Shown here piece by piece: positions 46,883 to 55,303 of a stretch of DNA of 64,000 nucleotides. Origin of the DNA: an uncultured Bacilli bacterium (lineage in GTDB: Bacteria; Bacillota_I; Bacilli_A; RF39; UBA660); NCBI GenBank assembly GCA_944371525.1, contig CALVXP010000002.1, positions 1,042-65,041 of the forward strand. The letters run 5' to 3'. The notes under the pieces were generated by a model, which saw only the letters and a program-made list of their open reading frames with translations, did not search any database and was not told the origin of the DNA. The translations under genes and the position numbers were made by a program. Each line of letters begins with the position of its first letter. Position 1 is the first letter of the stretch.

Positions 46883-49492
46883 ATGAAAGATGCATATAAA
46901 AAAAATATTGAAGAAATATATAAAGAGTTAGAAACTTCAGATAGTGGATTATCATTATCTAAAGTAAAGAAATTACAAAAAATATATGGAAAAAATGTTT
47001 TAGTAGAAAAAGATAAGAAAACTAAATTACAAATATTTTTAGATCAATTTAAAAATATTATGATAATCCTTCTTTTAGTAGTAGGTATTTTATCTTTAAT
47101 ATATGCAATAATTAATAAAGAAGATTTTTTAGAACCAATAGTTATTTTAGGTACAACTTTAGTTAATTGTTTTATGGGATTTTTACAAGAATCAAAAGCA
47201 GAAGATGCAATTGGTAAATTAAAAAAGTATTCTGCTAATTATGTAACTGTTAAAAGAAATAATAAGCATAGTGAAATTAATTCTAAAAATTTAGTAGTGG
47301 GAGATTATATAATACTTGAGTCAGGTGATAAAATACCAGCAGATGCTAGAATAGTAAAAAGTTATTTTGCTAAAACTGATGAATCCATTTTAACCGGAGA
47401 AAGTGAAAGTGTAAGTAAAGATGATGAAGTAATTAATAATGATGTACTTCTTTCTAATAGAAGTAATATGGTATATTCTGGAACAGTACTTGTTACAGGA
47501 AAAGTAGAAGCAGTAGTAGTAGCAACCGGAATGAATACAGAACTAGGAAAAATTGCTTCTGTTATGGATAACAATGAAGAACCATTAACACCACTTCAAG
47601 TAAAAGTAAAAAAGACAAGTCAGTTTATTTTAGTAGTGGCTTCTATATTAATTACATTTGTTTTACTTTATGGAATAATTAAAGGTTATACTTTTATGAA
47701 TATTATAATGTTATGTATTTCTATGATTGTAGCTAGTGTTCCTGAGTGTTTACCTATTGCAATAACAGCAACTCTATCTATTGGTGTTAGTCAAATGGCT
47801 AAGAAAAAATCAATAGTAAGAAATTTAGCAGCTATAGAAACACTTGGGTCTACCGAAGTTATATGTACTGATAAAACAGGTACTTTAACAGAAAATAAAA
47901 TGGAAGTAATTAAAGTATATTCTAATTTAAAAGAAATATCTATAACGGAATTAAAAACTAATAACGAGTTTATTAAATGTATTGATTATGCAAATTCTGC
48001 CGTTATTAGTGATAAAAATACTTATACTGGGGATTCTGTGGATGTTGCCTTAAAGAATTATTTAAAAGATAATAATATAAAAAGTGGTAAAGATAAAAAA
48101 CTATTTGAAATACCTTTTGATTCAGATAGAAAATTAATGAGTACTATTTATGAAGTAGATAATAAAAAAGTAATTTATACAAAAGGTAGTTTAGGTGCTA
48201 TATTAAATAAATGTAATTCTGTTTTAATTGATGGTAGTGTTACTAAAATAAATAAAGAAGTAAAAGATATACATCTAGAAATAGAAAGTTTAATGGCTGG
48301 TTTTGGACTTAAAGTAATAGCATTTGCATATAAAATAATTGATAATACAAACATTGATGAGGATAAATATAATGAAGAAGAAAATAATTTAATATTACTA
48401 GGGTTAATTGGATTAAAAGATCCAGTTCGTGATAATATTAAAGAATCTATAAAAGAATGTTTAAGTGCTAATATTAGACCTATTATGTTAACTGGTGATA
48501 ATTTAACTACAGCAACTTCTATTGCTAAAGAAGTAGGAATATGTAAAAGTGAAGAAGAATGTATAAATGCAACAGAACTAGAGGGACTTAGTCAAAAAGA
48601 TTTAATTAAATATATAAAAAAATACTCTGTATTTGCAAGAGTAAGTCCCGAAAATAAATTACAAATAGTTAAATCCTTTCAAAAAATAGGTAAAGTAGTA
48701 GCAATGACTGGAGACGGAGTAAATGATGCTCCTGCAATAAAACTTGCTAATGTTGGTATTGGAATGGGTAAAAGTGGTACTGATGTTACAAAGGATACTG
48801 CTGATATTATTTTACTTGATGATAGTTTTAATACTATAACAGTTGCTATATCAGAAGGAAGAAGAATATATGATAATGTTATAACAAACATATTATATAA
48901 TTTATCTAGTAATTTTACAGAAATAGCAATAATATTATTTGGAATGTTAACAGGAAATACAATTATATCAGCAATCCATGTATTATATATTGATTTAGTG
49001 GCAGATACTATTCCTTCAATAACACTAGCATTTGAAGGCGCTTCTAAAGATATAATGAAAAGAAAACCTAATGGATTAAATAAAAGAATATTTACTAATT
49101 TCTTTAGTGCTTTTCTAATTGTTTCTGTTATATTAGAAACATTAATTAGTTTATATATATATTACCATTATCTAGATTTAGGAGTATCTATTGCTCAGAC
49201 ATTAGCGTTATTTAGTATAATTATAAATGAATTTGTTTTTGCATATAACTGTCGTTCTTTAAAAGAACCTATATATCAAAGAGGATTATTTAGTAATAAA
49301 TATTTAAATATGGGAATACTAATTTTATTAATTATTCAAGCAGTTGTATTCTTTACACCAATTGGTAAAATATTTGGACTTGTAAGTATTACTATATCAC
49401 AAATGTTATTTGTAGTTATAGTTAATGTATTTGCTTTTATAATAATAGAATTATTAAAACCAGTTATAGTAAAATTATTTAAAGATGAATAA
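46883..49492 (+). CDS. yloB: P2-type cation (Ca2+)-transporting ATPase, YloB-like
   Basis: N-terminal cation-ATPase domain, TGES, PECLP (TM4), DKTGTLTEN, MLTGDN, TGDGVNDAPA. Same neighbourhood as B. subtilis yloB. Confidence 0.9.
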   Translation: MKDAYKKNIEEIYKELETSDSGLSLSKVKKLQKIYGKNVLVEKDKKTKLQIFLDQFKNIMIILLLVVGILSLIYAIINKEDFLEPIVILGTTLVNCFMGFLQESKAEDAIGKLKKYSANYVTVKRNNKHSEINSKNLVVGDYIILESGDKIPADARIVKSYFAKTDESILTGESESVSKDDEVINNDVLLSNRSNMVYSGTVLVTGKVEAVVVATGMNTELGKIASVMDNNEEPLTPLQVKVKKTSQFILVVASILITFVLLYGIIKGYTFMNIIMLCISMIVASVPECLPIAITATLSIGVSQMAKKKSIVRNLAAIETLGSTEVICTDKTGTLTENKMEVIKVYSNLKEISITELKTNNEFIKCIDYANSAVISDKNTYTGDSVDVALKNYLKDNNIKSGKDKKLFEIPFDSDRKLMSTIYEVDNKKVIYTKGSLGAILNKCNSVLIDGSVTKINKEVKDIHLEIESLMAGFGLKVIAFAYKIIDNTNIDEDKYNEEENNLILLGLIGLKDPVRDNIKESIKECLSANIRPIMLTGDNLTTATSIAKEVGICKSEEECINATELEGLSQKDLIKYIKKYSVFARVSPENKLQIVKSFQKIGKVVAMTGDGVNDAPAIKLANVGIGMGKSGTDVTKDTADIILLDDSFNTITVAISEGRRIYDNVITNILYNLSSNFTEIAIILFGMLTGNTIISAIHVLYIDLVADTIPSITLAFEGASKDIMKRKPNGLNKRIFTNFFSAFLIVSVILETLISLYIYYHYLDLGVSIAQTLALFSIIINEFVFAYNCRSLKEPIYQRGLFSNKYLNMGILILLIIQAVVFFTPIGKIFGLVSITISQMLFVVIVNVFAFIIIELLKPVIVKLFKDE

Positions 49493-49543
49493 GGACTAGT
49501 AATAGTTCTTTTTTTATCAAATAAAAAAAGTGAGATAACTCAC

Positions 49544-49711
49544 TTATGCAGCTTTCTTTAAAGTTTTGCCTTCTCTAGCACTTGTTATAATTTTAACACC
49601 GTTAACTGTAAATTTTTGTAAGTTTACTTTTTGTTTTCTTTTAGTTATTTTTTCACAGTTAGGTCTATTATTTACAGTTCTTGTTCTTTTACTTGTTACT
49701 TTTATTGCCAT
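49544..49711 (-). CDS. rpmB: 50S ribosomal protein L28
   Basis: Not in the ORF track. Minus-strand ATG at 49711-49709, preceded by GAGGAGGG. The product is MAIKVTSKRTRTVNNRPNCEKITKRKQKVNLQKFTVNGVKIITSAREGKTLKKAA (55 aa). This matches the L28 pattern NNxSH/NxxxKRxxxxNLQKxxxxVNG...SARAL/GK. Confidence 0.85.
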   Translation of the reverse strand: MAIKVTSKRTRTVNNRPNCEKITKRKQKVNLQKFTVNGVKIITSAREGKTLKKAA

Positions 49712-49777
49712 GATTATCCCTCCTCAAATTAAATCGCATATTAATTCTATCAAAAAATATAAGGTTAGTCAACATTT

Positions 49778-50479
49778 TTAATTAATATGTTGGTTATTTT
49801 TAATAAATTCCCTAAGTATTTTAGTAGTAGCCCTTTTTTCAATTCTTGATACATAACTTCTAGAAATACCTAATTTTTTAGCAATTTCTTTTTGAGTATA
49901 TTCATCAGTATTATTAAGTCCGTATCTAGCTTCTAAAATATCTCTTTCTCTTTTAGTAAGTACATTCATATATTTTTTTAGTAAAGCAATATTGTCATTC
50001 TTTTGAATTTCTTCAGCATAATCAGGATCAGGTGTCTTTAAAACATCTAGTATTGTTATTTCATTACCTTCTTTATCATAACTAATTCCTTCATTTAGAC
50101 TAATATTTTTAGAGTTCTTTTTATCTCCTCTAAAAAACATAAGAATTTCGTTTTCCGCACATTTTGCTACATATGTAGTAAGCCTAACATTCTTATCAGG
50201 AGAATAAGTATCAATTCCTTTTATTAAACCAACAGTACCAATTCCAATTAAATCATCAACATCATTTACATTAGATTCAAATTTTTTAACAATATGAGCC
50301 ACTAATCTTAAATTATGTTCAATTAATTTGGCTCTAGCATCTTTATCACCATTCATTGCCTTTATTACATATTTTTCTTCTTCTTCCTTTGATAAAGGAT
50401 CAGGAAAAACATTATTAGAATAAGATCCAGTAAAGAAAGTTAAATTATTAGCAATAAAATTAAATATATTAAATAACAT
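49778..50479 (-). CDS. sigK: Sporulation sigma factor SigK (pro-sigma-K), uninterrupted
   Basis: YSNNVFPDPLSKEEEEKY, LIEHNLRLVAHIVKKFE, GISRSYVSRIEKRA. It aligns by eye with B. subtilis pro-sigma-K, including the N-terminal hydrophobic pro-sequence. Confidence 0.85.
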   Translation of the reverse strand: MLFNIFNFIANNLTFFTGSYSNNVFPDPLSKEEEEKYVIKAMNGDKDARAKLIEHNLRLVAHIVKKFESNVNDVDDLIGIGTVGLIKGIDTYSPDKNVRLTTYVAKCAENEILMFFRGDKKNSKNISLNEGISYDKEGNEITILDVLKTPDPDYAEEIQKNDNIALLKKYMNVLTKRERDILEARYGLNNTDEYTQKEIAKKLGISRSYVSRIEKRATTKILREFIKNNQHIN

Positions 50480-50578
50480 ATAAGCACCTCTAATTAATCT
50501 TATAAAAAAAATGTCAATTTATGTTAGTTAATATAAAAATATAATTTATACATGATATAATATTTATGGAGGAAAGTT

Positions 50579-51796
50579 ATGATAGAAGAGATTATTAATG
50601 TTTGTAAAAAAGTTAAAAGTATATCTAAATGTAGGTCTTGTGGTGGTTCTATTAAACAAGATACTTGCATTTTTTGTGGAACTAAAAATAATGAATTAAC
50701 AGAACTTATTTCTAGATTAAATAGTTTAATTAATAGTTTTAGAAGCCAAGTAGATATCAGTAATATAATTGTTACAAATAATCTTTTTAATCATTTATAT
50801 AGCATTAATGATTTTGAAATACAATCAGTTAATCAGTTGCTCTCAGTTGTTAACTATCATAATTTATTAGAAGAACAATTTCAAGGTATTACAAAAAAAA
50901 TAAATAATGGTGATAAATTATCCAAAGAAGATTATGATTTTTTATGCTTTTTTCTAATTAATAATCAATTTAAAGACAGCTTGAAACTAGGAGTAGTAAA
51001 TGTTTTGATAAAAGGTATTGTTAATAAAGAGTGTAATTTTGATATAAGTTCATTAGAAGAAATAGTAAAAACATTTGTAGAAGAAGGCATAAAAAATGTA
51101 ATAGGATTAAAATATACTCATTGTAAGATAGTGGAATATAATGATAAGAGAACTTGCGGTTCAGCTTTATACGGGAATGTTTATGTAAATAAAGCTCAAA
51201 TAAGGCATTTAGCGGATGGAAAAATAACATATTTGTTAAGAACATTATTTCATGAAATGATCCATGTAAGACAATATCAACGAAGAAAAGATGCATATAT
51301 TTCAATATATGATATGATTTTATTAAAAGATGAGATTTTAAGTGATGCAAGTAGAAAATTTTATGATGATAATTATTTTTTATTATCTATTGAAAATCAA
51401 GCATTCATGAATGAAAGTAAAGAAACTTTAGATTATATGGAAAAATTAGAAATAACACCAAGTAGAGAAGAATTAGACGATATTAATAAAGATTATGAAT
51501 ATCATAAAAATTTTTGTGGTGCTACTATTAGAATTTGGGAAAATGTTCCGTGTGACTTAGATACATTATTTAATAAATCTATTTATAACAATCCTAGTGT
51601 TCTAAATCAGTATCCTCAATTATCCTTAGAATATATAATTGACGGAAACTTAGTAAGAAGAAAAAATAAAAAAGAAATTGAAAGTGAATATAAAGATTAT
51701 TTAGAAGGAAGATTACAACTTAATGGTAATCCTAAAGAAATAGAAGATTATTTTAATTTTTTATTATCTATGACTAAAGAAAATATTATAAAATAA
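50579..51796 (+). CDS. Hypothetical protein: N-terminal zinc ribbon plus an HExxH (SprT-like?) metalloprotease motif
   Basis: CRSCGG-x9-CIFCG at the N-terminus and LLRTLFHEMIHVRQ at about residue 225. I recognise no other motif. Confidence 0.6.
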   Translation: MIEEIINVCKKVKSISKCRSCGGSIKQDTCIFCGTKNNELTELISRLNSLINSFRSQVDISNIIVTNNLFNHLYSINDFEIQSVNQLLSVVNYHNLLEEQFQGITKKINNGDKLSKEDYDFLCFFLINNQFKDSLKLGVVNVLIKGIVNKECNFDISSLEEIVKTFVEEGIKNVIGLKYTHCKIVEYNDKRTCGSALYGNVYVNKAQIRHLADGKITYLLRTLFHEMIHVRQYQRRKDAYISIYDMILLKDEILSDASRKFYDDNYFLLSIENQAFMNESKETLDYMEKLEITPSREELDDINKDYEYHKNFCGATIRIWENVPCDLDTLFNKSIYNNPSVLNQYPQLSLEYIIDGNLVRRKNKKEIESEYKDYLEGRLQLNGNPKEIEDYFNFLLSMTKENIIK

Positions 51797-51918
51797 TTAT
51801 TGATTAATATTTAATCAAACTAATTTTAAAAGTTAATAAATATATCTTTACACTATATGAGTAATAATGATATTATATAAATATATTACTAAATGTAGTA
51901 AAAGGAAGGTGAAGATAT

Positions 51919-52005
51919 ATGTTAAATAATAATAAAGATAAATTAATTGCAGTCCTTCTTACAATAATAATAATTTGTATATCTTTGATAATAATGACAA
52001 TTTAA
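51919..52005 (+). CDS. Small hydrophobic peptide (28 aa), unannotated
   Basis: AAGGAAGGTGA SD, then ATG 51919. The product is MLNNNKDKLIAVLLTIIIICISLIIMTI. The stop is embedded in the hairpin ATAATGACAA-(10 nt)-TTGTCATTAT, which is followed by TTTTTT (51991-52026). Confidence 0.4.
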   Translation: MLNNNKDKLIAVLLTIIIICISLIIMTI

Positions 52006-52071
52006 AATAGTTGTCATTATTTTTTTAAATATATGATATAATTAATATACTTGATGTAAATGAGGTGGATT

Positions 52072-52596
52072 ATGATAGATAAGTTTATTCCTGATATGTA
52101 TCAAAAGAGCATATATTCCATTAATTATGATAAATTAAAAGCAGATGGTATAAAATGTTTACTATTTGATTTAGATAATACTTGTGCAGCATATTCAGTT
52201 AAAGAACCTACAAGTAAGTTAATAGAATTATTTGAAGATTTAAAAGATATGGATTTTAAAGTAATAATATATTCAAATAATACGAAGAAAAGATTAGAAC
52301 CATTTAAGAATAAATTACTAGTTGATTGTTCTGCTAATTCAAGAAAACCAAGAAAAGACAAATTCTTAAAGATTATGAAAATGTTTAACTTTGATTTATC
52401 AGAAGTAGCAATAATCGGAGACCAATTACTTACAGATATATATGGAGGAAATAGGGTAGGAATTAAAACTATTTTAGTAAATCCTGTATCAAAAGAAGAT
52501 ATGATATATACAAAGTTTTCCCGTTTAATAGAAAGAAAGTTAATGAAGAAAATGCATAAAAGGGGAATATTCACGAAGGGGCAGTATTATGAATAG
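52072..52596 (+). CDS. yqeG: YqeG-family HAD-IIIA phosphatase
   Basis: LLFDLDNTC (DxDxT), SNN...KRL, GDQLLTDI. ATG 52072 follows GAGGTGG. yqeG-yqeH synteny is present. Confidence 0.85.
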   Translation: MIDKFIPDMYQKSIYSINYDKLKADGIKCLLFDLDNTCAAYSVKEPTSKLIELFEDLKDMDFKVIIYSNNTKKRLEPFKNKLLVDCSANSRKPRKDKFLKIMKMFNFDLSEVAIIGDQLLTDIYGGNRVGIKTILVNPVSKEDMIYTKFSRLIERKLMKKMHKRGIFTKGQYYE

Positions 52597-53533
52597 AAAA
52601 TGTATGGGATGTGGAAATATTCTTAAAGATGATGAACTAGAACATAATATATGTAATAGATGTTTTAGACTTAAACATTATGGAGAATATCATGTAACTA
52701 ATAAAGATAATAGTGATTACTTAAAAATAATAAATAATATAGATAGTGATGATTTAGTAATATATGTAACTAGTTTACTTAATTTAACAATAATGAATTT
52801 ATCTAAGTTTAAAAATGTAATAGTAGTTCTAACTAAAAGAGATATATTACCTAAAAGTGTTAAAGATAATAAGATAATAGATTATGTAAAAAATCATTAT
52901 AATTTTAAAGATATAGAAGTAATTAGTAGTATTAAAAACTATAATTTAGATAATTTAATATCAAAAATAGAAAAATATAATAAAAAGAAAGTATATTTAA
53001 TTGGAAATACTAATTCTGGTAAAAGTACTTTATTAAATAAACTAATTGAAAATTATTCAGAATCAGATATTGATATAACTACTAGTATGTATCCTTCAAC
53101 TACACTGGATACTATTGAAGTGAAGATTAATGATATAGAGTTTATCGATACTCCGGGAATTATTGATAATGGTAGTGTTATTAATTATATTGATTATAAA
53201 ATGTTAAAGAAGATTACCCCTAAAAAAGAAGTAAAACCAAGAACTTATCAAATAAAAGGAAAAGGTAGTTTAGTTATTGAAGACTTAGTTAGAATTGATT
53301 ATGAAACTAATGATAACAGTATGACAATATATATTGCTAATAGTGTTAATATAATAAGAGTGGGCGATGAAAACCCTAGATTAAAAGATTTACCTAAAAG
53401 GGAATTTAATTTAAAAAATGATAAAGATATTGTTATTACAGATTTATGTTTTATTAAGTTTGTTAAAGGTCTTAAAGTAAAAATTTACGCAAATAATAAT
53501 ATAAATGTCTATGAAAGAGATAATTTGATTTAA
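52589..53533 (+). CDS. yqeH: Ribosome biogenesis GTPase YqeH (short form)
   Basis: N-terminal zinc finger CMGCG...CNRCFRLKHYG. Permuted G-motifs LTKRD, GNTNSGKSTLLN and DTPG. Confidence 0.85.
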   Translation: MNRKCMGCGNILKDDELEHNICNRCFRLKHYGEYHVTNKDNSDYLKIINNIDSDDLVIYVTSLLNLTIMNLSKFKNVIVVLTKRDILPKSVKDNKIIDYVKNHYNFKDIEVISSIKNYNLDNLISKIEKYNKKKVYLIGNTNSGKSTLLNKLIENYSESDIDITTSMYPSTTLDTIEVKINDIEFIDTPGIIDNGSVINYIDYKMLKKITPKKEVKPRTYQIKGKGSLVIEDLVRIDYETNDNSMTIYIANSVNIIRVGDENPRLKDLPKREFNLKNDKDIVITDLCFIKFVKGLKVKIYANNNINVYERDNLI

Positions 53534-53584
53534 CTCTTTTTTTCTTTATAAAAATATGATAGAATACTACCGAGTGGTGATAAT

Positions 53585-53953
53585 ATGGATATAAATAATA
53601 TAAATGTAATAGTCCTTGCTTATTTAGGGGATGCAATATATGAAGTATATATAAGAGAGTCTTTAATAAATAAAGGAATAAATAAAGTAGAAAGATTACA
53701 AGAAGAGTCAGTTAAGTATGTATCTGCAAAAGGACAAGCTAAAATACTTGATAATTTAATTAGTACAGGGATACTTAATGAAGAAGAGACTGACATTGTA
53801 AAAAGAGGAAGAAACTATAAAAGAAGTGCTCATCCTAAAAATACTGATATTGTAACTTATAAATATGCAACTGGTTTTGAAACATTAATTGGTTATTTAT
53901 ATTTAACTAATAAAGATAGACTTAATGAAATACTTAATCAAATAGAAGTATAA
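53585..53953 (+). CDS. mrnC: Mini-ribonuclease 3
   Basis: LAYLGDAIYEVYIRE, SAKGQAKIL, GFETLIGYLYL. 122 aa. Confidence 0.9.
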   Translation: MDINNINVIVLAYLGDAIYEVYIRESLINKGINKVERLQEESVKYVSAKGQAKILDNLISTGILNEEETDIVKRGRNYKRSAHPKNTDIVTYKYATGFETLIGYLYLTNKDRLNEILNQIEV

Positions 53954-53965
53954 GGGAGGATAAAT

Positions 53966-54667
53966 ATGTATATATATGGTAAAAATGTAGCGAGAGAAAA
54001 ATTACATAATAATAGTAAAATAAATAAAATTTATTTGAGTGAAAAATTTAATGATAGAGAAATATTAGATTTAATTAGAAAAAATAATATTAAAGTATCT
54101 TTTGTGAAAAACTATGAACTTGATAAAAAAGTAGAAGGACTTCATCAAGGAATAGTAATGGAAATAGATGATGTTAAAACATATAGTTATGATGAAATAA
54201 TTCCTAATGTAAAAAAAGAAAATCCTGTTATTGTAATGTTAGATCATTTGGAAGATCCTCATAACTTTGGGGCTATTATTAGAACTAGTGAAGCACTAGG
54301 AGTAGATGCTATTATAATTCCTACTGATAGAAGTGTAAAAGTAAATTCTACGGTTGTTAAAACTTCAGTAGGAGCAATTGAATATATTCCTATTATAAGA
54401 GTAGTTAATTTAAATGATACAATAAGAAAACTAAAAGAAGATGGGTACTGGATTATAGCTACTGATATGGATGGAGAAGATTATACAAAAATAGATTATA
54501 ATATGCCTGTTTGTATAGTTATAGGAAATGAAGGCAAAGGAATATCTAGAATGGTAAGTGAAAACTCTGATATAATTGCATCTATTCCAATGAAAGGTAA
54601 GATTAATAGTTTAAATGCTTCTGTTTCTTGTGCAATAGTATTGTCTCATATAATGAAGGATAGATAA
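53966..54667 (+). CDS. rlmB: 23S rRNA (guanosine-2'-O)-methyltransferase RlmB (SpoU/TrmH family)
   Basis: DPHNFGAIIRTSEALGVDAII, IVIGNEGKGIS, SLNASVSCAIVL. Confidence 0.9.
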   Translation: MYIYGKNVAREKLHNNSKINKIYLSEKFNDREILDLIRKNNIKVSFVKNYELDKKVEGLHQGIVMEIDDVKTYSYDEIIPNVKKENPVIVMLDHLEDPHNFGAIIRTSEALGVDAIIIPTDRSVKVNSTVVKTSVGAIEYIPIIRVVNLNDTIRKLKEDGYWIIATDMDGEDYTKIDYNMPVCIVIGNEGKGISRMVSENSDIIASIPMKGKINSLNASVSCAIVLSHIMKDR

Positions 54668-54668
54668 A

Positions 54669-55238
54669 ATGAATAATGATTATGAACTTATATATTTAGC
54701 CCAAGAAAATAATGAGGAAGCAAAAGAAATGTTATATCAAAAATACAAAAATTTAATGCATACTAATGCTAAAACATTTGTTATGGAAAATAGTGACAAA
54801 GGTATTGATTTTAACGATGTATTATTAGAATTAAATATTTGTTTTGAAGAAGCAATAAATAATTATAATCAAGATAATGGTGCTTCTTTTAATACTTTTT
54901 TAGTATCATATCTAAATAATGCATTAAAAACTTATAAAAGATCTATTGATAAAAAGAAAAATAAAATATTAAATGAATCAGTTCCATTAGAAGATGATGA
55001 AATAGATTATTCAAACAAACTATATAAAGAAGAAGATATGATTGAATATATGGTGTTTGATAATGGTAATACTTATGAAAGCTATTATGATGGATTAAAA
55101 GACCAGGAAAAAGAAATAATTGAATTATTAAAAAGTGGTTATAGTTATAGTGAGATAGCAGATATGTTAAATAAAGATGTAAAATATGTATATAATATTA
55201 TTTATAGAATAAAAAATAAATTAAAGGAAATGATATAA
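54669..55238 (+). CDS. sigH: SigH-like sigma-70 family sigma factor
   Basis: Region 2 and region 4 similarity (YSYSEIADMLNKDVKYVYNIIYRIKNKLKE) plus the conserved mrnC-rlmB-sigH gene order. The protein is divergent. Confidence 0.65.
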   Translation: MNNDYELIYLAQENNEEAKEMLYQKYKNLMHTNAKTFVMENSDKGIDFNDVLLELNICFEEAINNYNQDNGASFNTFLVSYLNNALKTYKRSIDKKKNKILNESVPLEDDEIDYSNKLYKEEDMIEYMVFDNGNTYESYYDGLKDQEKEIIELLKSGYSYSEIADMLNKDVKYVYNIIYRIKNKLKEMI

Positions 55239-55245
55239 ATAGATG

Positions 55246-55274
55246 TTGACATAAACAAATGTTTGCTATATAAT
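55246..55274 (+). promoter_or_regulatory. Consensus sigma-A promoter of uvrA, with a palindrome in the spacer
   Basis: TTGACA (55246-55251), a 17-nt spacer, then TATAAT (55269-55274). The spacer contains AAAC-aaat-GTTT (55253-55264). Confidence 0.7.
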
Positions 55275-55303
55275 ACTACTTGTATTTAAGGGTGTGATTA
55301 TTT

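Noticed and set aside
49566-49781. Plus-strand 71-aa ORF from the track
   Set aside because: It is antisense to a well-supported rpmB (L28) gene on the minus strand (49544-49711), which has a strong GAGGAGG SD. The plus-strand product is featureless and hydrophobic.
50480-50578. Attempt to assign sigma-E or sigma-K type promoter elements upstream of sigK
   Set aside because: Candidate CATA-type -10 elements (for example CATAAATTG on the minus strand) do not match the consensus well enough, and spacing to an AC/ATA -35 is ambiguous. It cannot be supported without a position weight matrix scan.
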